Part shown: positions 27,175 to 36,309 of the stretch, in pieces
How the letters are laid out: each line of letters starts with the position of its first letter
Position numbering within the stretch: the first letter of the stretch is position 1
Assembly: GCA_945889235.1 (NCBI GenBank)
Contig: CAMDBK010000003.1
Span: 1 to 47,431, forward strand
Length of the DNA: 47,431 nt
Direction: 5' to 3'
Source: Chitinophaga pinensis
GTDB taxonomy: Bacteria > Bacteroidota > Bacteroidia > SXHM01
The notes under the pieces: generated by a model
Told to the model about the DNA's origin: nothing
What the model saw: the letters and a program-made list of their open reading frames with translations, nothing else
Databases searched by the model: none
Translations under genes and position numbers: made by a program

Positions 27175-27744
27175 ATGCTTAACCTCGTTTTATTTGGTCC
27201 TCCGGGTGCAGGAAAAGGAACACAAAGTGAAAAACTGATTGCCAACTATCAATTGGTACATCTCTCAACAGGCTATATTCTGCGCAATGAAATTAAAAAC
27301 CAAACCGCACTTGGACTAGAAGCCAAAAAATTAATGGATGACGGAATTCTTGTTCCCGATGAAGTGGTTATAGGAATGATTGGCAACAAACTGGAAGAAA
27401 ATAAAAACGCGAAAGGATTTATTTTTGATGGGTTTCCGCGCACTACTGCACAAGCCGAAGCGTTAGATAAACTGCTTGCCGGAAAAAACACAGCGGTTAC
27501 CATGATGCTGGCGCTGGAAGTTGACAACGAAGAACTGACCAAACGTTTATTGCTTCGCGGAAAAGATTCAGGTCGCGCTGATGACAGTAATGAAAGCATT
27601 ATCCGTAACCGCATTAACGAATACAATAACAAAACAGCACCCCTTAAAAGCTATTACACTGCACAAGGAAAATTCCACGCAGTGAATGGTATTGGTAGCG
27701 TTGATGAGATTTTTACCGCGCTGTGTAAGTTGATTGATAAATAA
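27175..27744 (+). CDS. adk: Adenylate kinase (short-LID type), with STGY in place of the conserved STGD
   Basis: GPPGAGKGTQ, GILVPDEVV, IFDGFPRT..QA, RGK.SGRADD. Confidence 0.95.
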   Translation: MLNLVLFGPPGAGKGTQSEKLIANYQLVHLSTGYILRNEIKNQTALGLEAKKLMDDGILVPDEVVIGMIGNKLEENKNAKGFIFDGFPRTTAQAEALDKLLAGKNTAVTMMLALEVDNEELTKRLLLRGKDSGRADDSNESIIRNRINEYNNKTAPLKSYYTAQGKFHAVNGIGSVDEIFTALCKLIDK

Positions 27745-27748
27745 ATTG

Positions 27749-27820
27749 TCTCGCAAAGCCGCAAAGAGCGCAAAGCGAAAAATTGTGCAGAAACTTTGCG
27801 ACCTTTGCGCCTCTGCGAGA
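27749..27820. repeat. Imperfect inverted repeat with (CGCAAAG)n and (CTTTGCG)n arms
   Basis: TCTCGCAAAGCCGCAAAGAGCGCAAAG ... CTTTGCGACCTTTGCGCCTCTGCGAGA; 27-nt arms with an 18-nt loop, filling the adk-obgE gap. Confidence 0.8.
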
Positions 27821-27830
27821 AACCTAACCT

Positions 27831-28832
27831 ATGTCTGAATCTAATTTTGTTGATTATGTAAAAATCTGTTGCCGCTCGGGCGCAGGCGGACCGGGCTCAC
27901 GGCATTTCCACCGCGATAAGCAAAATGCCAAAGGCGGTCCCGATGGCGGTGATGGCGGACGGGGCGGACATATTATTCTGAAAGGCAGCAGTCAGGTTTG
28001 GACTCTTATTCACTTAAAATTTCGCAAACACGTAATTGCCGGTCCGGGTGAAAGTGGCGGTAGCTCACGCAAAACAGGTGCTGAAGGAAAAGACGAGGTA
28101 TTGGAAGTTCCGCTGGGAACCATTATAAAAGATGCCGAAACCGGTGAAGTAGAATTTGAAATAACACAAGAGGGAGAAGAAAAAGTATTGCTTGCCGGTG
28201 GGCGTGGCGGCTTGGGAAACGACCATTTTAAAACATCCACCAATCAGGCGCCTAAATATGCACAGCCCGGTGAAGATGGACAAGAGGTCTGGAAAATTCT
28301 GGAGTTAAAAATACTTGCCGATGTAGGTTTGGTGGGTTTCCCTAATGCCGGAAAATCTACGTTGCTATCGGTGGTTTCAGCTGCAAAACCTGAGATTGCG
28401 AATTACCCGTTTACCACATTGGTTCCCAATCTGGGCATTGTAAAATACCGCGATTACAAAAGTTTTGTAATGGCAGATATTCCCGGAATTATTGAAGGCG
28501 CGCACGAAGGCAAAGGACTTGGAATGCGCTTTCTGCGGCACATTGAGCGTAATTCTATTTTGTTGTTCATGGTTCCTGCCGACACGGGCGACATTGCAAA
28601 AGAGTATAAAATTCTGCTGAATGAATTGAAAGAATACAATCCTGAATTGCTGCATAAAAAACGTTTGCTCGCTATTTCAAAATGCGATTTGTTAGATGAT
28701 GAACTGGAAACAGAATTGAAAAAAGAAGTAAAAAAATCTGTGAAAGGAATTGAAATTCTTTTCATATCATCGCATACCGAAAAAGGAATTCTGAAGTTGA
28801 AAGATGCCATCTGGAAAAGTATAAACGGATGA
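27831..28832 (+). CDS. obgE: GTPase ObgE/CgtA
   Basis: [59 protein letters not shown]. Confidence 0.97.
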   Translation: MSESNFVDYVKICCRSGAGGPGSRHFHRDKQNAKGGPDGGDGGRGGHIILKGSSQVWTLIHLKFRKHVIAGPGESGGSSRKTGAEGKDEVLEVPLGTIIKDAETGEVEFEITQEGEEKVLLAGGRGGLGNDHFKTSTNQAPKYAQPGEDGQEVWKILELKILADVGLVGFPNAGKSTLLSVVSAAKPEIANYPFTTLVPNLGIVKYRDYKSFVMADIPGIIEGAHEGKGLGMRFLRHIERNSILLFMVPADTGDIAKEYKILLNELKEYNPELLHKKRLLAISKCDLLDDELETELKKEVKKSVKGIEILFISSHTEKGILKLKDAIWKSING

Positions 28833-28841
28833 AAAATGTTA

Positions 28842-28901
28842 GCCACGAATTACACTAATTGAAACTAATTAATTTGTGATAAATTTGTGAAAATTAGTGG
28901 C
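28842..28901. repeat. Imperfect inverted repeat with CAC(G/T)AATT-type arms
   Basis: GCCACGAATTACACTAATT ... AATTTGTGAAAATTAGTGGC in the obgE-ispD gap. Confidence 0.75.
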
Positions 28902-28909
28902 AAAATAAA

Positions 28910-29593
28910 ATGAAACGATACGCGATAATAGTAGCAGGTGGTTCAGGAACACGGATGCATTCTTCTGTTCCCAAACAATTTTTGCCGCTTGCCGGAAAAC
29001 CTGTTTTGTTCTATTCATTAGAGGCGTTCTATAATTTTGATAACGATGTTGAAATCATCCTCGCCCTTCCGGCAGATTCATTTTCAGATTGGGAAAAACT
29101 ATGTTCAGATTATAATTTCAATATTGCTCACAAAGTTGTTACAGGTGGCGAAACCCGTTTTCAGTCCGTACAAAACGGACTTCAATCAGTAAGCGAGAAA
29201 GGAATTGTTGCCGTGCATGATGCAGCCCGTCCGTTGGTTTCGGTTGAAACAATTGCCCGCAGTTTTGAAGCGTCAGAGAAATTTGGTGCTGCTGTTCCTT
29301 TTATTCCTTTGAATGACTCTATACGTTTTTACAACGGGCACGAAAGCCGCTCATTAGACCGCAACAAACATGTATTGGTTCAAACGCCCCAATGTTTCCG
29401 TTCCGATGTGTTAATTTCTGCTTACCAAACTGAGTTTCAACCCTTTTTTACCGATGATGCCAGCGTTGTTGAATCAGCAGGTTTTACTGTTCATCTGGTA
29501 GATGGAAACGCTGAAAACATCAAAATCACTACTCCTTCAGACTTTATTATAGCCGAAACCCTTGCCAAATCTGTTAAATCAAAAGTGTTTTAA
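28910..29593 (+). CDS. ispD: 2-C-methyl-D-erythritol 4-phosphate cytidylyltransferase
   Basis: AGGSGTRM..PKQF, GGETRFQSVQNGL, VHDAARPLV, VQTPQCF, FTDDASVVE, NIKITTPSD. Confidence 0.96.
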   Translation: MKRYAIIVAGGSGTRMHSSVPKQFLPLAGKPVLFYSLEAFYNFDNDVEIILALPADSFSDWEKLCSDYNFNIAHKVVTGGETRFQSVQNGLQSVSEKGIVAVHDAARPLVSVETIARSFEASEKFGAAVPFIPLNDSIRFYNGHESRSLDRNKHVLVQTPQCFRSDVLISAYQTEFQPFFTDDASVVESAGFTVHLVDGNAENIKITTPSDFIIAETLAKSVKSKVF

Positions 29594-29711
29594 ACATTGG
29601 CATGTTGAGAATAACCTTTTAGGTTTAATTGCGTTTTAAGTTGCGTTGTTTTATACTTGCAGCCTTCAAATGCAATATTTAAGACAAAATAACGTTAACA
29701 TAATAAAAGCC

Positions 29712-30731
29712 ATGCGTAATTTCATAGCACCTGTTATTGTTGTTTTACTTATTCTTCTGCTTCCCGGAAGAATGCCCGGCATGGGCTATGGCAACGGCAT
29801 TATTTCCAGTGATACCACGGGTGTTCTGCGCACAAAAAAGAGCAATGAGTATGTACTTGCCATTGACACTTCACTTGGCTACAACGAAAAATATATGCGT
29901 AGTGCTTTAATTTATGACATGAACACCAATACGGTGGTTTGGGAAAAGCAGATGAAAACGCAGGTACCTATTGCCTCACTTACAAAAATGATGGTAGCAC
30001 TTCTTACCATTGAAGATATAAAAGCCGGTATTATTGACTGGAAAACTCCTGTAACTGTTACCAAAGAAGCAAGTCTTGTAATGGACTCGCGGGTTTTTTT
30101 GAAAGAAGGAGCGGTTCTTACTGTCGAAGAACTTTTTGAAGCTTCGATGATACGGTCAGCTAATGATGCAGCCTATCTTTTGGCTCAATGGGGTTGCGGC
30201 ACTGAAGAATATTTTGTTCAACGTATGAACGAAAAAGCAAAGGAACTCGGAATGAAAAACACCCATTACTGGAATTCAAATGGCTTACCCGGAAAAATGT
30301 TTGGCACAAAAGACAATTACTCAACAGCCGAAGATTTATTGATACTTGCCCGCGAAGCCCTCAAACATCCTGAATATATTGAGATAGCCAGCCGCGAAAA
30401 AGAAACGCTTAACAATGGCTATAATCAACTTGAATATGAAAACCGCAACAAACTTGTTAAATATTACAAAGATGAAATTGACGGGTTGAAAACGGGATAC
30501 ACCAAAAATGCAAAAACCTGTATTGTTGCTACTTCAAAGCGTTGTGACCACCGCGTCATTTCTATTATTTTGGGTGTTGAAAGTTCTACCACACGCAACG
30601 ATATTGCAGTAAACCTCTTCAATAATTATTACAAAAGCATCGGCCTCGGTGTTTTGGGACAAGACCTTGAACCCCCTGTCGCAAATGAACAGGAATGCAT
30701 TGAAGAAACGAACGAGAACGGTTCGAATTAA
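29712..30731 (+). CDS. D-alanyl-D-alanine carboxypeptidase, peptidase S11 (low-MW PBP)
   Basis: SxxK (ASLTK), SxN (SAN), KTG (GLKTGYT). The signal peptide starts at M23 of the track ORF, so ATG 29712 is preferred over TTG 29646. Confidence 0.9.
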   Translation: MRNFIAPVIVVLLILLLPGRMPGMGYGNGIISSDTTGVLRTKKSNEYVLAIDTSLGYNEKYMRSALIYDMNTNTVVWEKQMKTQVPIASLTKMMVALLTIEDIKAGIIDWKTPVTVTKEASLVMDSRVFLKEGAVLTVEELFEASMIRSANDAAYLLAQWGCGTEEYFVQRMNEKAKELGMKNTHYWNSNGLPGKMFGTKDNYSTAEDLLILAREALKHPEYIEIASREKETLNNGYNQLEYENRNKLVKYYKDEIDGLKTGYTKNAKTCIVATSKRCDHRVISIILGVESSTTRNDIAVNLFNNYYKSIGLGVLGQDLEPPVANEQECIEETNENGSN

Positions 30732-30781
30732 TTTTTTTGATTTCGTTACCCTTGTATAATTTAAGGGCTTTATTCTGACAA

Positions 30782-32956
30782 ATGACCATTCGCAAGTTTG
30801 CAGACCTTTTTTTCTCCGGTGTAATCAACAGTTATTCGCAGATATTTTTCAGCAATAACAAATGGTTTGCATTGCTGTTGATTATTACTTCTTTCATTGA
30901 CCCGTATGCAGGTCTGGGTGGAATTGTCGCGGTGGTAGTCAGCAATCTGTTTGCTTATTATATCGGCCTAAGTCCTGATAATATCCGGAACGGAGTGTAT
31001 GGCTTTAACTCAGCCATGATAGGAATGGTGCTGGGTGTTTATTTCAAACTCAGCGCTGAATCAATTTTGATTTTATGCATGGCTTCGCTGTTCACGTTAT
31101 TGTTAACAGTTGCATTCCTTGCATGGGCTTCAAAGTATGGAGTGCCGTTTATGAGCTTTCCTTTTCTCATTTGTATCTGGACGGTGTTACTTACTACACG
31201 CACCTACTCATCACTTGAATTAAGCGAGCGCGGAATTTATACCATTAATGAACTCTGGTTTCTTGGCGGTGAAAATCTTGTGGGGTTTTACAACTTCCTG
31301 AATGATCCGCCAATTCCGCAATACATGGATGTATACCTGAAATCACTGGGAGCAATTTTCTTCCAATACAACCTGATTGCAGGAGTTTTAATTTTTGTCG
31401 GCATGTTGATTTTCTCACGCATTTCGTTGGTGCTTTCCATTGTCGGTTTTGCAACAGGCTATGCATATTACAAAATTACCGGAGCAGATTTTACACAGCT
31501 GCAATACAGTTATATCGGCTTTAATTTTATTCTTTCTGCCATTGCGTTGGGTGGTTTTTTTCTCATCCCTTCACCGCGTTCTTTTCTGGCGGTATTGCTT
31601 TCCATTCCTTTGATTGCATTGTTGATTGGAGCTTGTGCATATGTTTTAGGAATGTATCAGTTACCAACGTATTCATTGCCCTTTAACATAATTGTGATGT
31701 TAGTTTTGTATGTGTTGCAATTGCGTTATGTAAACTACGGACCATACCTTGTGCAGGAACAATTTTTTTCTCCCGAAAAAAATCTTTACAGTTTTTTATA
31801 TCGAAAAGAACGCTATTACAATCAAACGTATTATCACATTCATCTTCCGTTTTTTGGTGAATGGAAAGTCTCTCAGGGACATAGTGGAAATATTACCCAC
31901 AAAGGCGATTGGAAAGAAGCATGGGATTTTGTGGTAACAGATGAACACGATAAAACCTGGCGTTCACCGGGAACAAATGTGACGGATTTTTATTGCTACA
32001 ATCTTCCGGTTCTTGCTCCGCAAGCGGGTTATGTAATTAAAGTTGAGGACAACGTAGATGATAACACAATTGGCGGTGTTGACCTTGAACACAATTGGGG
32101 AAACACCATTATCATCAAGCACGGTGAAGACCTTTACAGCAAATTGAGCCACATAAAAAAAGGCAGTTATAAAGTAAAGGAAGGTGATTATGTGCATAAA
32201 GGTGATGTACTGGCAACCTGCGGAAACAGTGGTCGTTCACCAGAGCCACATATTCATTTTCAATTGCAGGTAACACCATTTGTTGCATCAAAAACGATTA
32301 AATATCCAATTAGTTATTACGTTAGCAAAAAGAAAGATGCGTATGATTTTCACTCATTTGATTATCCGAAAGAAGGTGAATTGATTTCGCGTGTAGCAGG
32401 AACAAAACTATTGAAAGACGCATTTTATTTTATCCCTGGAAAAAGTATTTCATGGAATTTTGAAGGTGAAGCTTTTGAGTGGGAAATTTTTACGAACGCT
32501 TATAACCAGGCTTATATTTATTGTCGGAAAACCAATTCTGTAGCCTATTTCGTGAACAATGACACGCTGCATTACTTCACCGAATTTTATGGTGACAAAA
32601 AATCATTGCTCTATTATTTTTACCTCGGTGCGCACAAAATTTTGCTGGGCTATTATCAGAATATGGAAGTGAATGATTTGCTTCCTGTGGAAGGTTTTTA
32701 TTCAGGTCCTGCAAAATTCTTTCAGGATTTTATTGCACCGTTTTACATTTTCCTGAAGACAAACTATGTTTCGCGCTTTGTTTCGGTTGATGATGTAAAT
32801 TATCCGCAGCAGATTAAACTAAGTTCGGTTGCCGAAGTCAGAGCATACGGAATGGAGAACAGGAAAATTGAGTTTGACTTGACGCTGAGCGTAAATAAAA
32901 TTTCATCATTCACCATTACCGAGAAAGGAAAGAAAAGGGAAGCGGTATGCGATTGA
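30782..32956 (+). CDS. Urea-transporter-family membrane domain fused to an M23 metallopeptidase domain and an unknown C-terminal domain
   Basis: SYSQIFF, GVYGFNS, GFNFILSAIALG, PFMSFPF/PTYSLPF repeats; then THKG...AWDF, WGNTIIIKH, SKLSH, CGNSGRSPEPHIHFQ. Confidence 0.85.
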   Translation: MTIRKFADLFFSGVINSYSQIFFSNNKWFALLLIITSFIDPYAGLGGIVAVVVSNLFAYYIGLSPDNIRNGVYGFNSAMIGMVLGVYFKLSAESILILCMASLFTLLLTVAFLAWASKYGVPFMSFPFLICIWTVLLTTRTYSSLELSERGIYTINELWFLGGENLVGFYNFLNDPPIPQYMDVYLKSLGAIFFQYNLIAGVLIFVGMLIFSRISLVLSIVGFATGYAYYKITGADFTQLQYSYIGFNFILSAIALGGFFLIPSPRSFLAVLLSIPLIALLIGACAYVLGMYQLPTYSLPFNIIVMLVLYVLQLRYVNYGPYLVQEQFFSPEKNLYSFLYRKERYYNQTYYHIHLPFFGEWKVSQGHSGNITHKGDWKEAWDFVVTDEHDKTWRSPGTNVTDFYCYNLPVLAPQAGYVIKVEDNVDDNTIGGVDLEHNWGNTIIIKHGEDLYSKLSHIKKGSYKVKEGDYVHKGDVLATCGNSGRSPEPHIHFQLQVTPFVASKTIKYPISYYVSKKKDAYDFHSFDYPKEGELISRVAGTKLLKDAFYFIPGKSISWNFEGEAFEWEIFTNAYNQAYIYCRKTNSVAYFVNNDTLHYFTEFYGDKKSLLYYFYLGAHKILLGYYQNMEVNDLLPVEGFYSGPAKFFQDFIAPFYIFLKTNYVSRFVSVDDVNYPQQIKLSSVAEVRAYGMENRKIEFDLTLSVNKISSFTITEKGKKREAVCD

Positions 32957-34167
32957 TTCTTGTTGTAGTATTTCTTTTGCAAATAATAAATTCCGCAAAA
33001 GCCCAGTCACAACTCACATTCAGTGAAGTTGAAAGCCGCAGTTATAAACTTTACTTAGAACAAAAATGGGATTCACTGATTGATTATGTTCATACTGCAA
33101 ACAAAGCCGGTATAGAATATTATTACTTACAGGCGCGACTTGGTGCAGCATTGTATGAAAAGAAAAAATACCGCAGCGCGGCATTCACTTTTCAAAAAGC
33201 ATTGAAATATAATTCCTCAGACAGTTATGCAAAAAGAAGTTTGTATTACAGTTTACTGAACTCAAACAATACCACTGCATCGCGCTACCTGAGCGGAAAG
33301 TCAGAAAGCATCAGAAAAGAAACGGATACACTTCGTTACAACAGAATTGGTTTTATTTATGCCGAAGGCGGAGTAAAAATCTGCAACAAAAAGGAGCCGC
33401 TTGGTAATATGAATTATCTCAACCTTGGCTTGCGACACAGCCTTGGAAGAAGAATTAATTTGTATCACGCGTTTACATTTCTTGGTCAATACAAACACTA
33501 CCAGCAAATAAAACAGTCAAGCTACTATTTGGGCGCATGGATTCAATTGGGAGTGAACTGGAAAGTTTGTCCTTCTGCTCACTTATTCTGGATTACTAAA
33601 AGTCAACAAACTGAAATCCCCATTGGTCCACCGCGTCCTTTGGCAAGAGCAAGCAAATCAAATGAGCAGGCAGTTTCCTTAGTGTTGCAACGCAGTTTCC
33701 GGGTTTTTGATTTGGGTGCAATGGCGAGTTACAATAATTTCGACAGCATTTCTGCTGGACAGTTTGGAGGATATGTAACGCTATATCCTTTTGGCAGCAA
33801 TGTTTTCAGCGCAACTACAACAGTTGTTTATCACACCCGGAAAATGTCAACCTACCAAACGATTTTAAAAGAAACAATCAATTTAAGACTGCTGAAATTT
33901 CTGTGGATCACCGGTGAATATGCTTATGGAAATGAACAGGTTCAATTTAACCCGGAAGCAGCTTTTCCCGCCAACAACAGCATTGATCCTAATAACTACC
34001 GATATTCAATATTATTAACTTCGCCAGTTTCAAAATCGGTTTCGCTGTATGGATTTTATCAGCATGAAGACAAGGATGAAATAATTACTGACCCAATATC
34101 GCACAATATCACAAGAATCAATTATACTTTTAATTCAATTATTTTCGGACTAAAAATTAAACTATGA
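32947..34167 (+). CDS. Secreted protein with N-terminal TPR-like region and probable C-terminal outer-membrane beta-barrel
   Basis: Signal peptide; YYLQARLGAALYEKKKYRSAA..FQKAL TPR; alternating amphipathic strands ending FNSIIFGLKIKL; overlaps the upstream gene by 10 bp. Confidence 0.6.
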   Translation: MRLILVVVFLLQIINSAKAQSQLTFSEVESRSYKLYLEQKWDSLIDYVHTANKAGIEYYYLQARLGAALYEKKKYRSAAFTFQKALKYNSSDSYAKRSLYYSLLNSNNTTASRYLSGKSESIRKETDTLRYNRIGFIYAEGGVKICNKKEPLGNMNYLNLGLRHSLGRRINLYHAFTFLGQYKHYQQIKQSSYYLGAWIQLGVNWKVCPSAHLFWITKSQQTEIPIGPPRPLARASKSNEQAVSLVLQRSFRVFDLGAMASYNNFDSISAGQFGGYVTLYPFGSNVFSATTTVVYHTRKMSTYQTILKETINLRLLKFLWITGEYAYGNEQVQFNPEAAFPANNSIDPNNYRYSILLTSPVSKSVSLYGFYQHEDKDEIITDPISHNITRINYTFNSIIFGLKIKL

Positions 34168-34811
34168 ACTATTCAAACAAACTATTAGCGCTTTTACTGA
34201 TTACTGTAAACTTCGTATGTACGGACATGCCATGGCATGTCCCTGCAATTTTCGCGCAGGATAATGACAAAATAACCGCTGCCTTTAAAAACAGCTATAC
34301 CAATGAGTATGCTGCTGAATACACTAAAGCCATTCAGAATATGAAAGAGGTTTATGCTGCGGATAATTATGAAATAAATCTGCGCCTTGGCTGGTTGCAT
34401 TACATGGGCGGTTTGTTTACCGAATCACAAACCTATTACCAGACTGCGATGAACCTGAGACCGTATTCCATTGAAGCAAAGTTTGGTTATGTATATCCCG
34501 CTGCTGCGCTTGGAAACTGGGAGCAAGTGAAAAAACAATACATGGATATTTTGAAAATTGATGCCAACAATACCACTGCATTATATCGCCTCGGCTTGAT
34601 TTATTATGGTGCGGAAGATTACATGAAAGCGTTTACCAATTTTGAAAAAGTAGTAAACCTTTACCCGTTTGATTACAATTCTTTGTTGATGCTTGCCTGG
34701 TCAAATTTTAAATTAGGCAAAACACGCGAATCAAAAATTCTTTTTCAAAAAGTATTATGGGCTTCGCCTTCGGATGCAAGTGCATTAGAAGGGTTGGGGT
34801 ATATTAAATAG
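34164..34811 (+). CDS. Secreted tetratricopeptide-repeat protein
   Basis: Signal-like N-terminus; repeated helical TPR units (YEINLRLGWLHY, ALYRLGLIYY, SLLMLAWSNF); 4-bp overlap. Confidence 0.8.
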   Translation: MNYSNKLLALLLITVNFVCTDMPWHVPAIFAQDNDKITAAFKNSYTNEYAAEYTKAIQNMKEVYAADNYEINLRLGWLHYMGGLFTESQTYYQTAMNLRPYSIEAKFGYVYPAAALGNWEQVKKQYMDILKIDANNTTALYRLGLIYYGAEDYMKAFTNFEKVVNLYPFDYNSLLMLAWSNFKLGKTRESKILFQKVLWASPSDASALEGLGYIK

Positions 34812-34818
34812 TAATCTC

Positions 34819-34874
34819 GTCATGCTGAACTTGTTTCAGCATCTAAAATGACTCCGAAACAAGTTCGGAGTGAC
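34819..34874. repeat. Paired inverted REP-like hairpins (BIME-like) between convergent genes
   Basis: GTCATGCTGAACTTGTTTCAGCAT and, on the reverse strand, GTCACTCCGAACTTGTTTCGGAGT; each is a hairpin with a CTTGT loop and 5' GTCA. Confidence 0.75.
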
Positions 34875-34877
34875 GTT

Positions 34878-35819
34878 TCACTTCTTCCTATTTTTTAGAT
34901 TCAACTTCTCTCCAGCCTTTGGCTGAGTGCCTGAAACCATATTATTCTTTTTGTAAAGGGTTTTTAAACGTATTCCATGTTGTTGTGAAATATCACGCAT
35001 GGTTTCACCTTGCTTTACAATATGAAACTCTTCATCTCCATTGTAACGCTTGGGTTGTAGATAGATTTTTTGTCCGGGGTTTAGGGCTTCATCTTTATTT
35101 AAATCGTTGTATTTATAAATCTGCCACAACATCATTTCGTATTTTTTGCAGATGGTGAAATACGTATCGCCCGGCTGCACCGAAATATATTTTATGCGGT
35201 TGTGCAGCAATATTTTTCCGGCAGATGCAACAACAGTTGCATCCGTTTTTGTTGTGCTTTGTTTTACAAAAGGCTTGTCAAAATCTTTCGGAACTTCGGT
35301 CAGCAAATCGTATTGATGCAATTGATTTTCTTCAATTATTTTAATCAGCAACTCAGGATATTTTGGGTTGGTGGCATAGCCTGCATCTTTCAAACCCTGC
35401 GCCCAGCCTTTGTAATCTGTTTTCTCTAACTTGAAAAGGGTTTCGTACCGACTGCGTGTTTTTAAAAATTGAGAATGGTCATCATATGAATCAAAAACAG
35501 ATTTATACACACGGAAACATTCACCTTTCGCATCATCATCCATGTGAAACGTTTCACCTTCCCATTCACCGTGACATTTAATTCCAAAGTGATTGTTGGC
35601 TTTAGTAGCAAGTGTGCTGTTGCCATCACCAGATTCCAAAATCCCCTGCGAAAGTGTGATGCTTGCGGGCACTCCGCTCATGAGCATTTCTTTAACCGCT
35701 GAGCCGCGATACATCTTTATATAATCTTGTCGAGAATAGCGTTCCTGCGCAGGTTGTGTTTGCGCAACAGAACTTGCAACTACACTAAAAATAAAGGAAA
35801 GTGAAAGAATTTTTTTCAT
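34878..35819 (-). CDS. GH73 glucosaminidase with two LysM domains
   Basis: GVPASITLSQGILESG, NNHFGIKC, GYATNPKY; VQPGDTYFTI and VKQGETMRDISQ LysM repeats. Confidence 0.93.
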   Translation of the reverse strand: MKKILSLSFIFSVVASSVAQTQPAQERYSRQDYIKMYRGSAVKEMLMSGVPASITLSQGILESGDGNSTLATKANNHFGIKCHGEWEGETFHMDDDAKGECFRVYKSVFDSYDDHSQFLKTRSRYETLFKLEKTDYKGWAQGLKDAGYATNPKYPELLIKIIEENQLHQYDLLTEVPKDFDKPFVKQSTTKTDATVVASAGKILLHNRIKYISVQPGDTYFTICKKYEMMLWQIYKYNDLNKDEALNPGQKIYLQPKRYNGDEEFHIVKQGETMRDISQQHGIRLKTLYKKNNMVSGTQPKAGEKLNLKNRKK

Positions 35820-35913
35820 CAGTATTCAAAAGTACCCTGATCATATAAACGGAAATCAGAATGATTTCTTATTTTTTCACAAACACATGTTAATCGGTTT
35901 GCCTTTAAGAATT

Positions 35914-35955
35914 TCTCTGCGTCCACTGCGGGCTGCTCTCTGCGAACTCTGCGGT
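35914..35955 (-). repeat. (CGCAGAG)n single-arm element downstream of the DUF4286 gene
   Basis: Minus strand ACCGCAGAGTTCGCAGAGAGCAGCCCGCAGTGGACGCAGAGA. Confidence 0.65.
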
Positions 35956-35964
35956 AAGATTTAA

Positions 35965-36264
35965 TTACACCACCTCCATCAGCGAGCGGAACGCGACAAA
36001 TTTATCGCTGTATTTATCCGCCACTTCTTTCTGCAATGCAGGTGCATGAAGGCTTTGATACTCTTCATAGTCAGCCATGTTTTTCAACGTGTATTGAATG
36101 GTATAACTTGTTCCGGTTTCTTCTTCCACCATCAAACGGCACATGCGGTGTTCAAGAAAATAGCCCGTTGCCATTACTCTCGGAATGTGTTCATTTTTCA
36201 TCCATTCTACCCATTCCAGGTGAACATCGTCTTCAATATTTATGGTTACGTTGTAAATAATCAT
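35965..36264 (-). CDS. DUF4286 family protein
   Basis: MIIYNVT..I, W..WMK..HIP, TSYTIQY, LQKEV..KY.DKFVAFRSLMEVV. Confidence 0.85.
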   Translation of the reverse strand: MIIYNVTINIEDDVHLEWVEWMKNEHIPRVMATGYFLEHRMCRLMVEEETGTSYTIQYTLKNMADYEEYQSLHAPALQKEVADKYSDKFVAFRSLMEVV

Positions 36265-36282
36265 GAGTTCAATTTTGAGTAC

Positions 36283-36304
36283 CTTCGACTACGCTCAGGG
36301 TAAC
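36283..36304 (-). repeat. REP-like element GTTACCCTGAGCGTAGTCGAAG
   Basis: Second copy of the GAGCGTAGTCGA core (see 24198-24221). Confidence 0.65.
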
Positions 36305-36309
36305 AGTTC

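Noticed and set aside
29646-29711. TTG start for the DD-carboxypeptidase
   Set aside because: It adds 22 residues before a clear signal peptide; ATG 29712 fits better.
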